From contig CAYXGP010000132.1 of NCBI GenBank assembly GCA_964464515.1, forward strand, positions 1 to 23,241: a stretch of DNA of 23,241 bases. The letters run 5' to 3'. The position numbers and the translations under genes are program-made. The notes below the pieces were generated by a model that did not search any database, had not been told where the DNA came from, and worked only from the letters and a program-made list of their open reading frames with translations. Within the stretch, counting starts at the first letter, position 1, and each line of letters starts with the position of its first letter. The stretch comes from an uncultured Enterobacterales bacterium. GTDB lineage: Bacteria; Myxococcota_A; UBA796; UBA2385. Positions 1 through 7,568 of the stretch are shown piece after piece.

Positions 1-195
1 GGGCCGCGAGGCCCGGGGGGGGGGTTCCGCGGGGGGGGGCTGCGGGCGCACAGGCGCGGAGACGACGCGGTGGTCGCCGAGCGCCTGGTCGACACCTACG
101 TGCGGCGGCTCAGGCGCAAGTTCGAGGCGGTCGATGGGGGGTTCGGTGAGATCCAGACGGTGGTCGGCGCGGGGTATCGTTGGCGTCAGGGTTGA
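1..195 (+). CDS. OmpR/PhoB-family response regulator, C-terminal fragment (winged-helix DNA-binding domain); 5' end lies outside the window
   Basis: Frame 1 reads ...DDAVVAERLVDTYVRRLRRKFEAVDGGFGEIQTVVGAGYRWRQG*, with TGA at 193-195. This is the typical C-terminal signature of OmpR-type winged-helix regulators (V..H...LR.K.e......I.TVRGvGYR). Its 3' end overlaps the start of the downstream histidine kinase by 16 nt, as expected for a two-component operon. The first ~50 nt contain long G homopolymers, so the 5' sequence may be unreliable. Confidence 0.6.
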   Translation, partial: GPRGPGGGFRGGGLRAHRRGDDAVVAERLVDTYVRRLRRKFEAVDGGFGEIQTVVGAGYRWRQG

Positions 196-1679
196 ATCTG
201 CTGAGAATACGTTCCCTCCGCCACCGCGCAATCGCGGTCGTCTGCGTGGTCGTGTTCGCGCCGCTCATCCACGTGTGGCTCAGCGATCTGGGAGACGCCA
301 CCGCTGGCGCGCGCATGAACCAGCGCGTAGAGCGCGTGGCCCTGAAGGTCGCAGAGTCGCTGGAGAAGGGCGAGGATCCCCGACGTGTGGCCGACGAGCA
401 GGCGGCCCGGGCGGGCGTGCGTCTGCGGCTCCTCGACGCGGACGGAGCGGTGTCGATCGACGTCGATCACGAGGCAGGAACAGGGGTCCTCCATCGAGTC
501 GGCACGGTCTTCTTCGGACCGGACGGCGCGCCGCGCCTCGATGAGTGGGACGCGCAGCAGGGGCCGCCCATCGAGCGGACGGTCGTGCGCACGGCGATGG
601 AGAGCGGACGGGCCTCGGCGTGTGTCTCCACCGAGGATCGCAAGCTGCTGGTCTGCGAGGCCGCGCTGCGGACAGACGACCCCGAGATCTCGACCATCTA
701 TGTGCAGGTCAGCTCGCGGCGGGCCATCCGCGCGCTGTACGACGTGCGCTACCAGCTCCTCAAGCTCACCCTGTTCGTGCTGGTGAGCGGTCTGGCGTTG
801 GGTTGGTGGCTGGGTTGGCGGATGGTGCGCCCGGTGGAGATGCTGCTGGAGCAGGTGCTGGCGCGCAGACACGCCCGCGACCCCGCGCCCATAGCGCTCG
901 ATCGCGACGACGAGTTCGGTGATCTGGCTGCGGCGTTCAACGAGCTGATGAGCGCGCTGGCCCAGCGCAACCGGGCCAACGAGGCGTTCGCGGCAGACCT
1001 CGTGCATGAGCTGAAGAACCCGGTGGCGGCGGTGCAGGCAGCGGCGGAGGCGCTGGAGTCGGGCCGGCCGGTCAGCCCGGAGCGGGCGCAGCGGCTGGCG
1101 CGGGTGCTGCGGGACAGCTCTCATCGTCTCGACGTATTGGCTAGCGCCTTCCTGGAATTGGCCCGCGCCGAGGCGGGACTGCGCAGCAGCGTGCGCGAGC
1201 CGGTGGATCTGGTGTTGCTGGCCCGGGGCCTGATCGCTGCGCGGGGGGCCGAGCCGGTGACCTTCGAGTTGATCGCGCCCGACGCGGCGATCATCTCGGG
1301 GGTGGCCGAGCGCGTCGAGACGGCCTTGCGCAACCTGCTGGCGAACGCCGCGGCGTTCGCCGCCAAGGCCCACCCGAGCGGCGACGGACGCGTGACGGTA
1401 CGAATTGCCGCGGGCGGTCTCTCCGACATGACAGCTCACGAGGCGACTGGGAGCCACCGCGTGACGGTGAGCGACAACGGACCGGGGATCGCCCCTGAAG
1501 ACCTGCCGCGCATCTTCGATCGCTTCTTTACGCGCGGTCGGCAGGGCGGCACCGGGCTGGGGCTGGCGCTGACACAGGCCATCATCGAGGCCCACGAGGG
1601 GACCATCGCCGCAGCGTCCACCCGGGAGGGCAGCGACTTCACGGTTACACTGCCCCGATGGCCCCCCCTCCCCGGATAG
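180..1679 (+). CDS. Sensor histidine kinase (2 TM, HAMP, HisKA, HATPase_c)
   Basis: A 499-aa ORF with a TTG start at 180, overlapping the response-regulator stop. There is an N-terminal TM helix (AIAVVCVVVFAPLIHVWL) and a second TM (LKLTLFVLVSGLALGWWLGW) followed by a HAMP-like segment. The H-box reads LVHELKNPVAAVQAAAEAL. The ATP-binding G-boxes read VSDNGPGIAPEDLPRIFDRFF...GGTGLGLAL. The alternative in-frame ATG at 315 would remove TM1, so I prefer the upstream start. Confidence 0.85.
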   Translation: MASGLNLLRIRSLRHRAIAVVCVVVFAPLIHVWLSDLGDATAGARMNQRVERVALKVAESLEKGEDPRRVADEQAARAGVRLRLLDADGAVSIDVDHEAGTGVLHRVGTVFFGPDGAPRLDEWDAQQGPPIERTVVRTAMESGRASACVSTEDRKLLVCEAALRTDDPEISTIYVQVSSRRAIRALYDVRYQLLKLTLFVLVSGLALGWWLGWRMVRPVEMLLEQVLARRHARDPAPIALDRDDEFGDLAAAFNELMSALAQRNRANEAFAADLVHELKNPVAAVQAAAEALESGRPVSPERAQRLARVLRDSSHRLDVLASAFLELARAEAGLRSSVREPVDLVLLARGLIAARGAEPVTFELIAPDAAIISGVAERVETALRNLLANAAAFAAKAHPSGDGRVTVRIAAGGLSDMTAHEATGSHRVTVSDNGPGIAPEDLPRIFDRFFTRGRQGGTGLGLALTQAIIEAHEGTIAAASTREGSDFTVTLPRWPPLPG

Positions 1680-3130
1680 ACGGCCCGCGGCTTGACGGCG
1701 TGCGCATCGCGCTGGTCTTTCCGCTGTTTCTGAGCCACAAGCTGGCCAGCTACCAGGACAACGGACGCTTCCTGGGCAACGTGCCGCCGCTGTCGCTGCT
1801 GTATGTGGCGTCGGCCCTGAAGAGCGCGGGCGCGACGGTGCGGCTGTGGGACTGCCCGGCGCTGGGCCTGAGCCTGGACGATGTGATCGAGGCCGTCCGG
1901 TCGTTCGCCCCCGACTACGTGGGGTTCACGCTGACCACCGTGGACTGGGGCAGCTCGCTGGAGTGGATGGAGCGGTTCCACGGCGCGCTGGGGGTGCCCG
2001 TCGTGGTCGGCGGGGTCCACATGGAGTGCTACCCGGCCGAGACCCTCACCCACGACTGCATCGCGCTGGGCTTCATCGGACCGGCCGATCTGGGGGCGGC
2101 GCGGCTGCTGGAGGTGCATGCCGCTGGCGGCGATCTGCGCGCGGTGCCCGGGGCGGTGTTCCGAGACGAAGAACAGGTGGTGGTGGTTCCGCCGCCGACG
2201 CAGCCCCGCACCGACGCGGGCATGCCGCTGCCGGCCCGTGAGCTGATCGACAATCGTCGGTACTTCACGATCGTCTCGCAGCGACGGAACTTCACTGCGG
2301 CGATGAGCAACTTCGGCTGTCCGTACGGCTGTGAATTCTGCATCCTGCGCGCGAGCCCGGTGCGGCAGCGCAGCGCGGCGTCTGTCGCCCGCGAGATGGA
2401 GATCTGCTACCGCGACCACGGCGTTCGGGAGATGGACTTCTTCGATCCGGTCTTCACCCTGCGGCGCCCGCGGGTGTTCGAGATCTGCGCGGAGATCAAG
2501 CGTCGGAACCTGAAGGGGCTCATCTGGTCGATCCGGGCACGCACCGACACCATCGACGAAGAGCTGCTGGACGTGATGTGGGACGCCGGGTGCCGGCGCA
2601 TCTACTACGGCATCGAGGGGGGCTCACCGGAGATCCGCGGGAGGGTCGACAAGCGACTGGTGTCCAACGCGCACATAGCGCAGGTGCTCGCGGCCACCCG
2701 GGCCCGGGGCTACGAGGTGTTGGCGTTCGTGATGATCGGAAATCCGCTGGAGGATCACACCAGCGTGCGGATGACGCGCAACCTGCTGCGCGACTCGGCG
2801 ATCGATCTCATCCAGGTCGCCAGCCTGTTTCCCCTGCCGCGCACCCCCATCTACCGGGAGATCGTCGCGCGCACCGGCCGGGACTACTGGCGCGAGCATG
2901 TGCTGCACGGCGCGTCCATCCACCCGGTCGAGCGGCTGGACACGGGACTCTCAGATGACGAGATCCGCCGGATGGTCACCGAGACCTACCTGTCGTTCTA
3001 CTTTCGGCCGACCTTCGTGGCCTACGCGTTGAAGCGAGCCCGGCGCCCCGAGCACCTGTGGCGGGGTCTGCGGGCCGCGGCGGGGGTGGGGCAGACGTTC
3101 CTGGCCTCCGCACGTCAGCGTCAGGGCTGA
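1658..3130 (+). CDS. B12-binding domain radical SAM protein (class B radical SAM family)
   Basis: A 490-aa ORF. The N-terminal half resembles a cobalamin-binding Rossmann-like domain (VRIALVFPLF...LLYVASALKSAGATVRLWD...VGFTLTT...VVVGGVH). The canonical radical SAM cluster motif CPYGCEFC (CxxxCxxC) is present, followed by a TIM-barrel-like region (RIYYGIEGGSPEI...). The start is uncertain: the ATG at 1658 overlaps the kinase stop by 22 nt, and the GTG near 1700 (VRIALV...) is also possible. Confidence 0.8.
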   Translation: MAPPPRIDGPRLDGVRIALVFPLFLSHKLASYQDNGRFLGNVPPLSLLYVASALKSAGATVRLWDCPALGLSLDDVIEAVRSFAPDYVGFTLTTVDWGSSLEWMERFHGALGVPVVVGGVHMECYPAETLTHDCIALGFIGPADLGAARLLEVHAAGGDLRAVPGAVFRDEEQVVVVPPPTQPRTDAGMPLPARELIDNRRYFTIVSQRRNFTAAMSNFGCPYGCEFCILRASPVRQRSAASVAREMEICYRDHGVREMDFFDPVFTLRRPRVFEICAEIKRRNLKGLIWSIRARTDTIDEELLDVMWDAGCRRIYYGIEGGSPEIRGRVDKRLVSNAHIAQVLAATRARGYEVLAFVMIGNPLEDHTSVRMTRNLLRDSAIDLIQVASLFPLPRTPIYREIVARTGRDYWREHVLHGASIHPVERLDTGLSDDEIRRMVTETYLSFYFRPTFVAYALKRARRPEHLWRGLRAAAGVGQTFLASARQRQG

Positions 3131-3765
3131 CCGACCTCGACGCACGCCGCGCGCAGGGTGTCTCGCAGCGCAATCAGCCCCGCGGATCGATCGGCGTGCC
3201 AGTTCGACTGAGCACCCTGCAGCAGCACCCGCCCCGACAGCTTGCCGATCACGTTGGCGAAGACCAGATCCGAGCCCGACCGCAGGCGCTGGTTGCGCGC
3301 GATCTGCTCCAGATCGGCGTCGCTCGTCTGGGGCGGCGCGGCCTTGAACGAGACGAGAAAGACCCGGGGGGACCACCCGCGGATCTGCGCGAGGATCTTC
3401 GGCGCGGGCTGGAGCGTGAGCGTGAGCGAGGCCTGTCCGGAGGGGATCTTGCCGGCGGAGGTCGCCACCTCGTAGTCACCGACGGCGGAGGCATGCACCA
3501 CGACCCCGCCCGGGTGCTCGGTGATCCACCGGGCCATCTTGCCCATCAGGTCGCGGGTGGAGCCGAAGATCTGGCTGCGGATGCGGCCGGACAGGTGCTC
3601 GGCGCGCAGGCAGGCCTCGGGGCTGCCGAGGAGGGTGACCGCGGCGGCGCCTGCGAGCTGCTCGGCCAGCCACACCCCGGTGCGGCCCGATGAGCTCGCG
3701 GACAGGTAGCGGATGGCGTCGATCGGGTTGCGCGTGGCCCCGGCGGTGATCAGGACGGCTCTCAT
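3121..3765 (-). CDS. Stand-alone CoaB-like protein (phosphopantothenate-cysteine ligase / DFP flavoprotein family, ligase half only)
   Basis: A 214-aa minus-strand ORF beginning MRAVLITAGATRNPIDAIRYLSASSSGRTG. This closely mirrors the CoaB signature (V)[26 protein letters not shown]. Further CoaB-like motifs are VVHASAVGDYE (cf. AAAVADY), LQPAPKIL (cf. LvkNPDIL) and VSFKAAP (cf. VGFAAET). No CoaC/HFCD decarboxylase half is attached. A GAGG sits about 8-11 nt upstream of the ATG. The 3' end converges on, and overlaps by 10 nt, the radical SAM gene. Confidence 0.65.
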   Translation of the reverse strand: MRAVLITAGATRNPIDAIRYLSASSSGRTGVWLAEQLAGAAAVTLLGSPEACLRAEHLSGRIRSQIFGSTRDLMGKMARWITEHPGGVVVHASAVGDYEVATSAGKIPSGQASLTLTLQPAPKILAQIRGWSPRVFLVSFKAAPPQTSDADLEQIARNQRLRSGSDLVFANVIGKLSGRVLLQGAQSNWHADRSAGLIALRDTLRAACVEVGQP

Positions 3766-3997
3766 CGGCGCCTCGGCAGGATCACGGCTCCTCCACGGTG
3801 GGGCGCAGCTTATCTTGATGTCGCGCCCTCGGTGGGGTCATCGCGCAGCTCCAGCACCTCGGTGTACCAGGCCGCGACGGCGGAGGGATCGGCCGGGAAG
3901 GCCCAGCGTGGCGTGCTGGGAGGAGGCGCGAGTCGGCCACGGTGGTGGGGATCCGGTCGAGGGAGTTCGGTGGGGTTCTCAAGAGAGTTCTCCGTGG

Positions 3998-4019
3998 AAC
4001 CATCTGCGAACCATCTGCG
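3998..4019. promoter_or_regulatory. Perfect tandem 11-bp direct repeat (aaccatctgcg aaccatctgcg) in the divergent CoaB-like/PAP2 intergenic region; candidate regulator binding site
   Basis: The repeat is seen directly. It lies about 120 bp upstream of the PAP2 start and about 235 bp upstream of the CoaB-like start. An 11-bp (one helical turn) head-to-tail periodicity is the architecture bound by OmpR/PhoB-type winged-helix regulators. One such regulator is encoded at the left end of the window. Confidence 0.3.
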
Positions 4020-4139
4020 GAGGGTGTTCGGGTGCCTCGACGATCAGCGGTGTTCTGCAGGGCCGCCAGAGTTGATGCGCGGTCACTCCGGCGCGGGGCC
4101 GGCGCTGGATAGTGTATCCCTGGTCACGAGCCGCGAGGT

Positions 4140-4706
4140 GTGGTTCTGGTGCTCCGGCCTCTTCTGATCATCGCTCTGTCGATCGCGGGTGCTCACCTCG
4201 CGGACGCGCCGGCGTGGCGTCTGCTGCACAGCGGCGATGCGGCGGCGCACGACTGGCACCGGCTGCTGCGGGTGTGCGGATTCCTGCCCACGTGGCTGGC
4301 GATCGGCGCGGCGCTGGCGCTGGTCGATCGCGCCTGGCGTCGGGCAGGGCCGCTGGTGCTCTCCGCGGCGCTCAGCGGGTTGGCGGCGGAACTTCTCAAG
4401 CTGATCGTGCGTCGCGAGCGCCCCGGAGCAGCCGGGGAGTATTCGTTCCGGGCCTTCAGCGATGACCCGCTCAGCACCGCGGCACTCGGCATGCCGTCCA
4501 GTCACGCGGCGGTGGCGTTCGGCGGCGCGTGGATGCTGGCGCGGCTGCATCCGCGGCTGGCGCCGGTCCCCCTGCTCCTCGCAGCGGGCTGCGGGCTGAC
4601 CCGGGTGATCGACCGGGCACACTTCTTCAGCGACGTGATCGCGGCGGCGGGGGTGGCGTGGATGCTGGCCTGGTGGCTGGATCAGCGGATAGGGTCTCGG
4701 CCATGA
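4140..4706 (+). CDS. PAP2-superfamily (acid phosphatase / lipid phosphate phosphatase) membrane protein
   Basis: A 188-aa ORF with a GTG start. It carries the three PAP2 signature motifs: KLIVRRERP (KxxxxxxRP), PSSH (PSGH) and RVIDRAHFFSDV (SRxxxxxHxxxD). There are multiple hydrophobic helices. Its stop overlaps the next start in an ATGA arrangement. Confidence 0.75.
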   Translation: MVLVLRPLLIIALSIAGAHLADAPAWRLLHSGDAAAHDWHRLLRVCGFLPTWLAIGAALALVDRAWRRAGPLVLSAALSGLAAELLKLIVRRERPGAAGEYSFRAFSDDPLSTAALGMPSSHAAVAFGGAWMLARLHPRLAPVPLLLAAGCGLTRVIDRAHFFSDVIAAAGVAWMLAWWLDQRIGSRP

Positions 4707-5050
4707 TCGTCGTCACCAACCGCATCCCCGTCTCCTCCGGCCACGAGATCGACTTCGAGGAGCGGTTCCGCAACCGCATCCACCTCGTGGACACCCACCC
4801 CGGGTTCATCCGCAACGAGGTCCACCGGCCCCGCCCCATGCGCTTCGACCACGAGAGCGGTCGCTGGGTAGATGATCCGGAGGGGGAGGGCTACTACGAG
4901 ATCAAGACCTGGTGGCGCGAGCTGGCGGACTTCGAGGCGTGGGTGGGCAGCCCTGATTTCCGGCGCGCACACAGCAGCCGCCCGCCGCGTGAGATGTTTC
5001 GTGGTCCCAACGTGCTGGAGATCCACGAGGTGCTCTTTCAGCCGGAGTGA
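4703..5050 (+). CDS. Antibiotic-biosynthesis-monooxygenase (ABM/Dabb)-like small protein
   Basis: The ATG at 4703 is translationally coupled (ATGA) to the PAP2 stop. The product is about 115 aa: MIVVTNRIPVSSGHEIDFEERFRNRIHLVDTHPGFIRNEVHRP...YYEIKTWWRELADFEAWVGSPDFRRAH. This resembles the ferredoxin-like ABM fold pattern (IVV.....v..g.e.eFee.f......l...pGF....l.r). Length and composition are typical of stand-alone ABM proteins. The family call rests on motif memory only. Confidence 0.55.
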   Translation: MIVVTNRIPVSSGHEIDFEERFRNRIHLVDTHPGFIRNEVHRPRPMRFDHESGRWVDDPEGEGYYEIKTWWRELADFEAWVGSPDFRRAHSSRPPREMFRGPNVLEIHEVLFQPE

Positions 5051-5072
5051 CGAAAGCGCGTGATGCTCCGCC

Positions 5073-6056
5073 TCAGGTGCTCCAGACGACCTCGTGCTCC
5101 GGCCAACGCCACGCCCCGACGCAGCCGCCGACGCCTCCCTTGTGCATCCCCTGGTAGTCCACGCAGACATGTCGCACCGAGTGGGAGAGTTCTACCCGAC
5201 CCGCCGGACCCCGCTGCGGGCTCCAGGTACGGAGCCATCGCCTCTCCGCCTTGGAGCCCAGCACCTCCACCGGCGCGGCTGGCCCATCGGCGCCTGCGGG
5301 CGGGATGTTCCAGTAGTGTCCGAAGACGGTCCGCTTCGAGGTGTCGATCTCGGGCGTGTCCGTTTGCCACCATGGCAGCCGGGCCAGCGGCCACTGCCTC
5401 CCCTCGGCGTCGGTCACCGGGCCGAGCGCTGCGGACTCCAGGCCCTTCATCAGCACCTCGTGGCGAGTGGCATGCGAGCCGTCCACGCCCCAGCGAGGGA
5501 GGTCCGGCCGAGGACCACGCTCATCGAACGGAGAGCCGATGATGATGTACGGTTGGAGCCACGCCGCGCGTCCGTCGGACACCGTCTCGCTACCGGTGGG
5601 GGTCAATGTCGCGCGGAGCATGCGGACGCTGCTGGTGTGCCAGCACGAATGCACCAGCCGCACCTGAGGCAGGTCGATGGCGATGGGAAGGCGCGCCAGG
5701 AAGGCGAGGGCCGACGCCCATCGATCAGGAACCGCGAGGATCTGCCGCCGTGTCTGCGCGTTGCTGGTGCGCTCCTTGCTTCGTCTCTGTGCGTGAGGCG
5801 CGAACCACCACTCCAGCAGGTTGTACTCGTGGTTGCCCATCAGGCAGAGCGCGTCTCCCCGCTCCATGAGTCCCCGGACAAGCTCGACCACGCCGATGCT
5901 GTCCGGGCCTCGATCGACAAGATCGCCCAAGAAGACCGGCGCGCGCGCGTCGGGGTGGGACCAGCCCTGGTTGGTGTCGTAGCCGAGCGCCTCTGCGGTG
6001 CGTAGGAGCGGGCCGAGATGTCCGTGGACGTCGCCGAAGACGTCGATTCCAGTCAC
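5073..6056 (-). CDS. PPP-family metallophosphoesterase (calcineurin-like; ApaH/PrpE/lambda-phosphatase-type)
   Basis: 327 aa. It has the N-terminal signature DVFGDVHGH, then FLGDLVDRGPDS (GDxxDRG) and LMGNHEYN (GNHE). These are the diagnostic PPP phosphatase / symmetrical Ap4A hydrolase motifs. Its start at 6056 overlaps the stop of the upstream phosphoesterase at 6053. Confidence 0.8.
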   Translation of the reverse strand: MTGIDVFGDVHGHLGPLLRTAEALGYDTNQGWSHPDARAPVFLGDLVDRGPDSIGVVELVRGLMERGDALCLMGNHEYNLLEWWFAPHAQRRSKERTSNAQTRRQILAVPDRWASALAFLARLPIAIDLPQVRLVHSCWHTSSVRMLRATLTPTGSETVSDGRAAWLQPYIIIGSPFDERGPRPDLPRWGVDGSHATRHEVLMKGLESAALGPVTDAEGRQWPLARLPWWQTDTPEIDTSKRTVFGHYWNIPPAGADGPAAPVEVLGSKAERRWLRTWSPQRGPAGRVELSHSVRHVCVDYQGMHKGGVGGCVGAWRWPEHEVVWST

Positions 6057-6958
6057 CTGAGCCTCCGCGGGGTCACGTCCAGACTCGGGCCTACCACGAA
6101 GATCTGGCGAGAAGGGAGCTCGACGGCGAAGAGTCGGCCAGTCTGGTCGATCTCCCCCGAGAGGCAGATGCGATTGGGTGTGAGCACGTGGGGTGCATGG
6201 CTGGAGAGCCCTGAGCGTCGCGCGGGGTTCCTGGTGTGACCGCTGACCACGACGCGGTCCCAGCTCGGGTCGGAGCTACCGCAGAGGTCCTTGTCTCGGA
6301 TGGCGGGCGGAAGCCACTCGTGCACGTCGGGGAGCAGCTTGCGGGCCAGGCGGTCGCGCTGCGGACCCAGCGGCCCGGTCTGCATCCCGGCATGAACGAA
6401 CAGATGCGCGCCCGTGTCGAAGAACCAGGGGAGCGAGCGCAGAAACGCCTGGTGGTGCGCGGGCATCGAGGTCGCGAGATCCTCTGCGGAGTGAGCGCCG
6501 TAGGCTGCGGCGGTGCCCAACCCCAGGTTCCAGTAGCGACTGCGCCAGCGCGCGTACCAGACCGGATCGGGCGCGGTGCCGGGCCAGCCCAGCGCGCGGA
6601 GGCAGGCCAGATCGTGGTTTCCGATGATCGGAACGAAGCGGTCTTTGCGCTCGGCCCGCAGCTCGATCAGCAGGTCGAGCAGGCCAGGGATGTCCGGTCC
6701 GTTGTCGACGTAGTCCCCGAGCGTCACGAGGTTCCAGCGGTCGCCGTGGATCTGGTCGAGCCGCCGGATCAGCGCCCGCAGGTGGTCGGGGTGGCCGTGC
6801 AGGTCTGCGACCGCCACCCAGGTCTCTTCGGCGGACCTTCTACAGACCTGCTCAGCCGCCGAGGTGTCGCGCTCTTCGCTCACGGTCAGGAGCCGAGCCG
6901 CGACCAATGCATCGATCGTCGTGCCACCCTCAACCTTCAGTTCGTCGCTCTGGAACAT
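6053..6958 (-). CDS. PPP-family metallophosphoesterase, second tandem copy
   Basis: Motifs VAVADLHGHP (GDxHG), LGDYVDNGPD (GDxxDxG), IIGNHD (GNHD/E) and FVHAGM/SGHT. I prefer the ATG at 6958 (MFQSDELKV...) over the upstream GTG at 7018 in the ORF track. The extension would overlap the ARH-like remnant. Confidence 0.75.
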   Translation of the reverse strand: MFQSDELKVEGGTTIDALVAARLLTVSEERDTSAAEQVCRRSAEETWVAVADLHGHPDHLRALIRRLDQIHGDRWNLVTLGDYVDNGPDIPGLLDLLIELRAERKDRFVPIIGNHDLACLRALGWPGTAPDPVWYARWRSRYWNLGLGTAAAYGAHSAEDLATSMPAHHQAFLRSLPWFFDTGAHLFVHAGMQTGPLGPQRDRLARKLLPDVHEWLPPAIRDKDLCGSSDPSWDRVVVSGHTRNPARRSGLSSHAPHVLTPNRICLSGEIDQTGRLFAVELPSRQIFVVGPSLDVTPRRLR

Positions 6959-7178
6959 GCGTAACGGCTTCCAGCAGGGAGCGACCCTCGAGGACCTCTC
7001 GCAGGATCCGGCACGCACCCACGGCCGCCTCTGCGGCGTTCGGGTGTCCGTGGGTGATCATCGCCGAGACGCGCACTGCGTCCAGAAGATCTTCGCCGCT
7101 GAACAACACAGGCAGGGGACAGATGCGCATGACAGCGCCGCAGCCCTCAGAGCTGCGCACCTCGCCGGAGCGCCACAC
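6930..7178 (-). pseudogene. ADP-ribosylglycohydrolase (ARH/DraG family)-like remnant, apparently truncated or frameshifted
   Basis: An 82-aa ORF reading ...SSEGCGAVMRICPLPVLFSGEDLLDAVRVSAMITHGHPNAAEAAVGACRILREVL. This matches the central ARH family motifs (GNGaaMRiaPigl ... THxHPea..ga.a.A.ai). A TGA lies immediately upstream in this frame. The expected N-terminal GDALG/TDDT region and C-terminal GGDTDT region are not found intact. The flanking sequence changes frame and the ORF stops 29 nt inside the downstream phosphoesterase start region. Extent is uncertain. Confidence 0.4.
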
Positions 7179-7568
7179 CCGACGTCAGCAGGTCGGCATC
7201 GGGATGCGTGGGAACAAACGCCGCAGGATCGCCTTGCAGCGGGACGCGGTCATCGACCACATCACCGGCCGTCGGGCGCGGGTCCCGCGATGTGCTGGCG
7301 GGTGGGGTAGAGTGATCACCGAGTCTGCGTTGGAAGGGCAGGAGGTCGCCATCGCCCTCCGAGCGCGGGAGCAGTGGCCGAAGTGGATGCGCTTCCTCCG
7401 CCTCTATCGATGACCTCACTGATGAGCGCAATACGAGCGAAACCGACCCGACACAAGATGGTTCAGACACGAATGCTCTCGACAGGGCGATGGTCACAGC
7501 TCCGAGTACCCAACCCGAGCGGGCCGCCATGAAGACACACATGGCGAGCCCTGAAGCGGGGAGGCTAC

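Noticed and set aside
186-1595. 469-aa ORF on the minus strand covering the histidine kinase
   Set aside because: It is antisense to a well-supported kinase gene. The translation is Arg/Pro/Gly-rich junk typical of high-GC antisense frames.
3782-4167. Small ORFs (73 aa minus, 111 aa plus) in the CoaB-like/PAP2 intergenic region
   Set aside because: They are Pro/Arg/Ser-rich with no start context. The region is better explained as a divergent promoter carrying the 11-bp direct repeat.
5051-5072. Possible bidirectional terminator between convergent ABM and phosphoesterase genes
   Set aside because: The 22-bp gap has no clear GC-rich stem-loop followed by a T-run.
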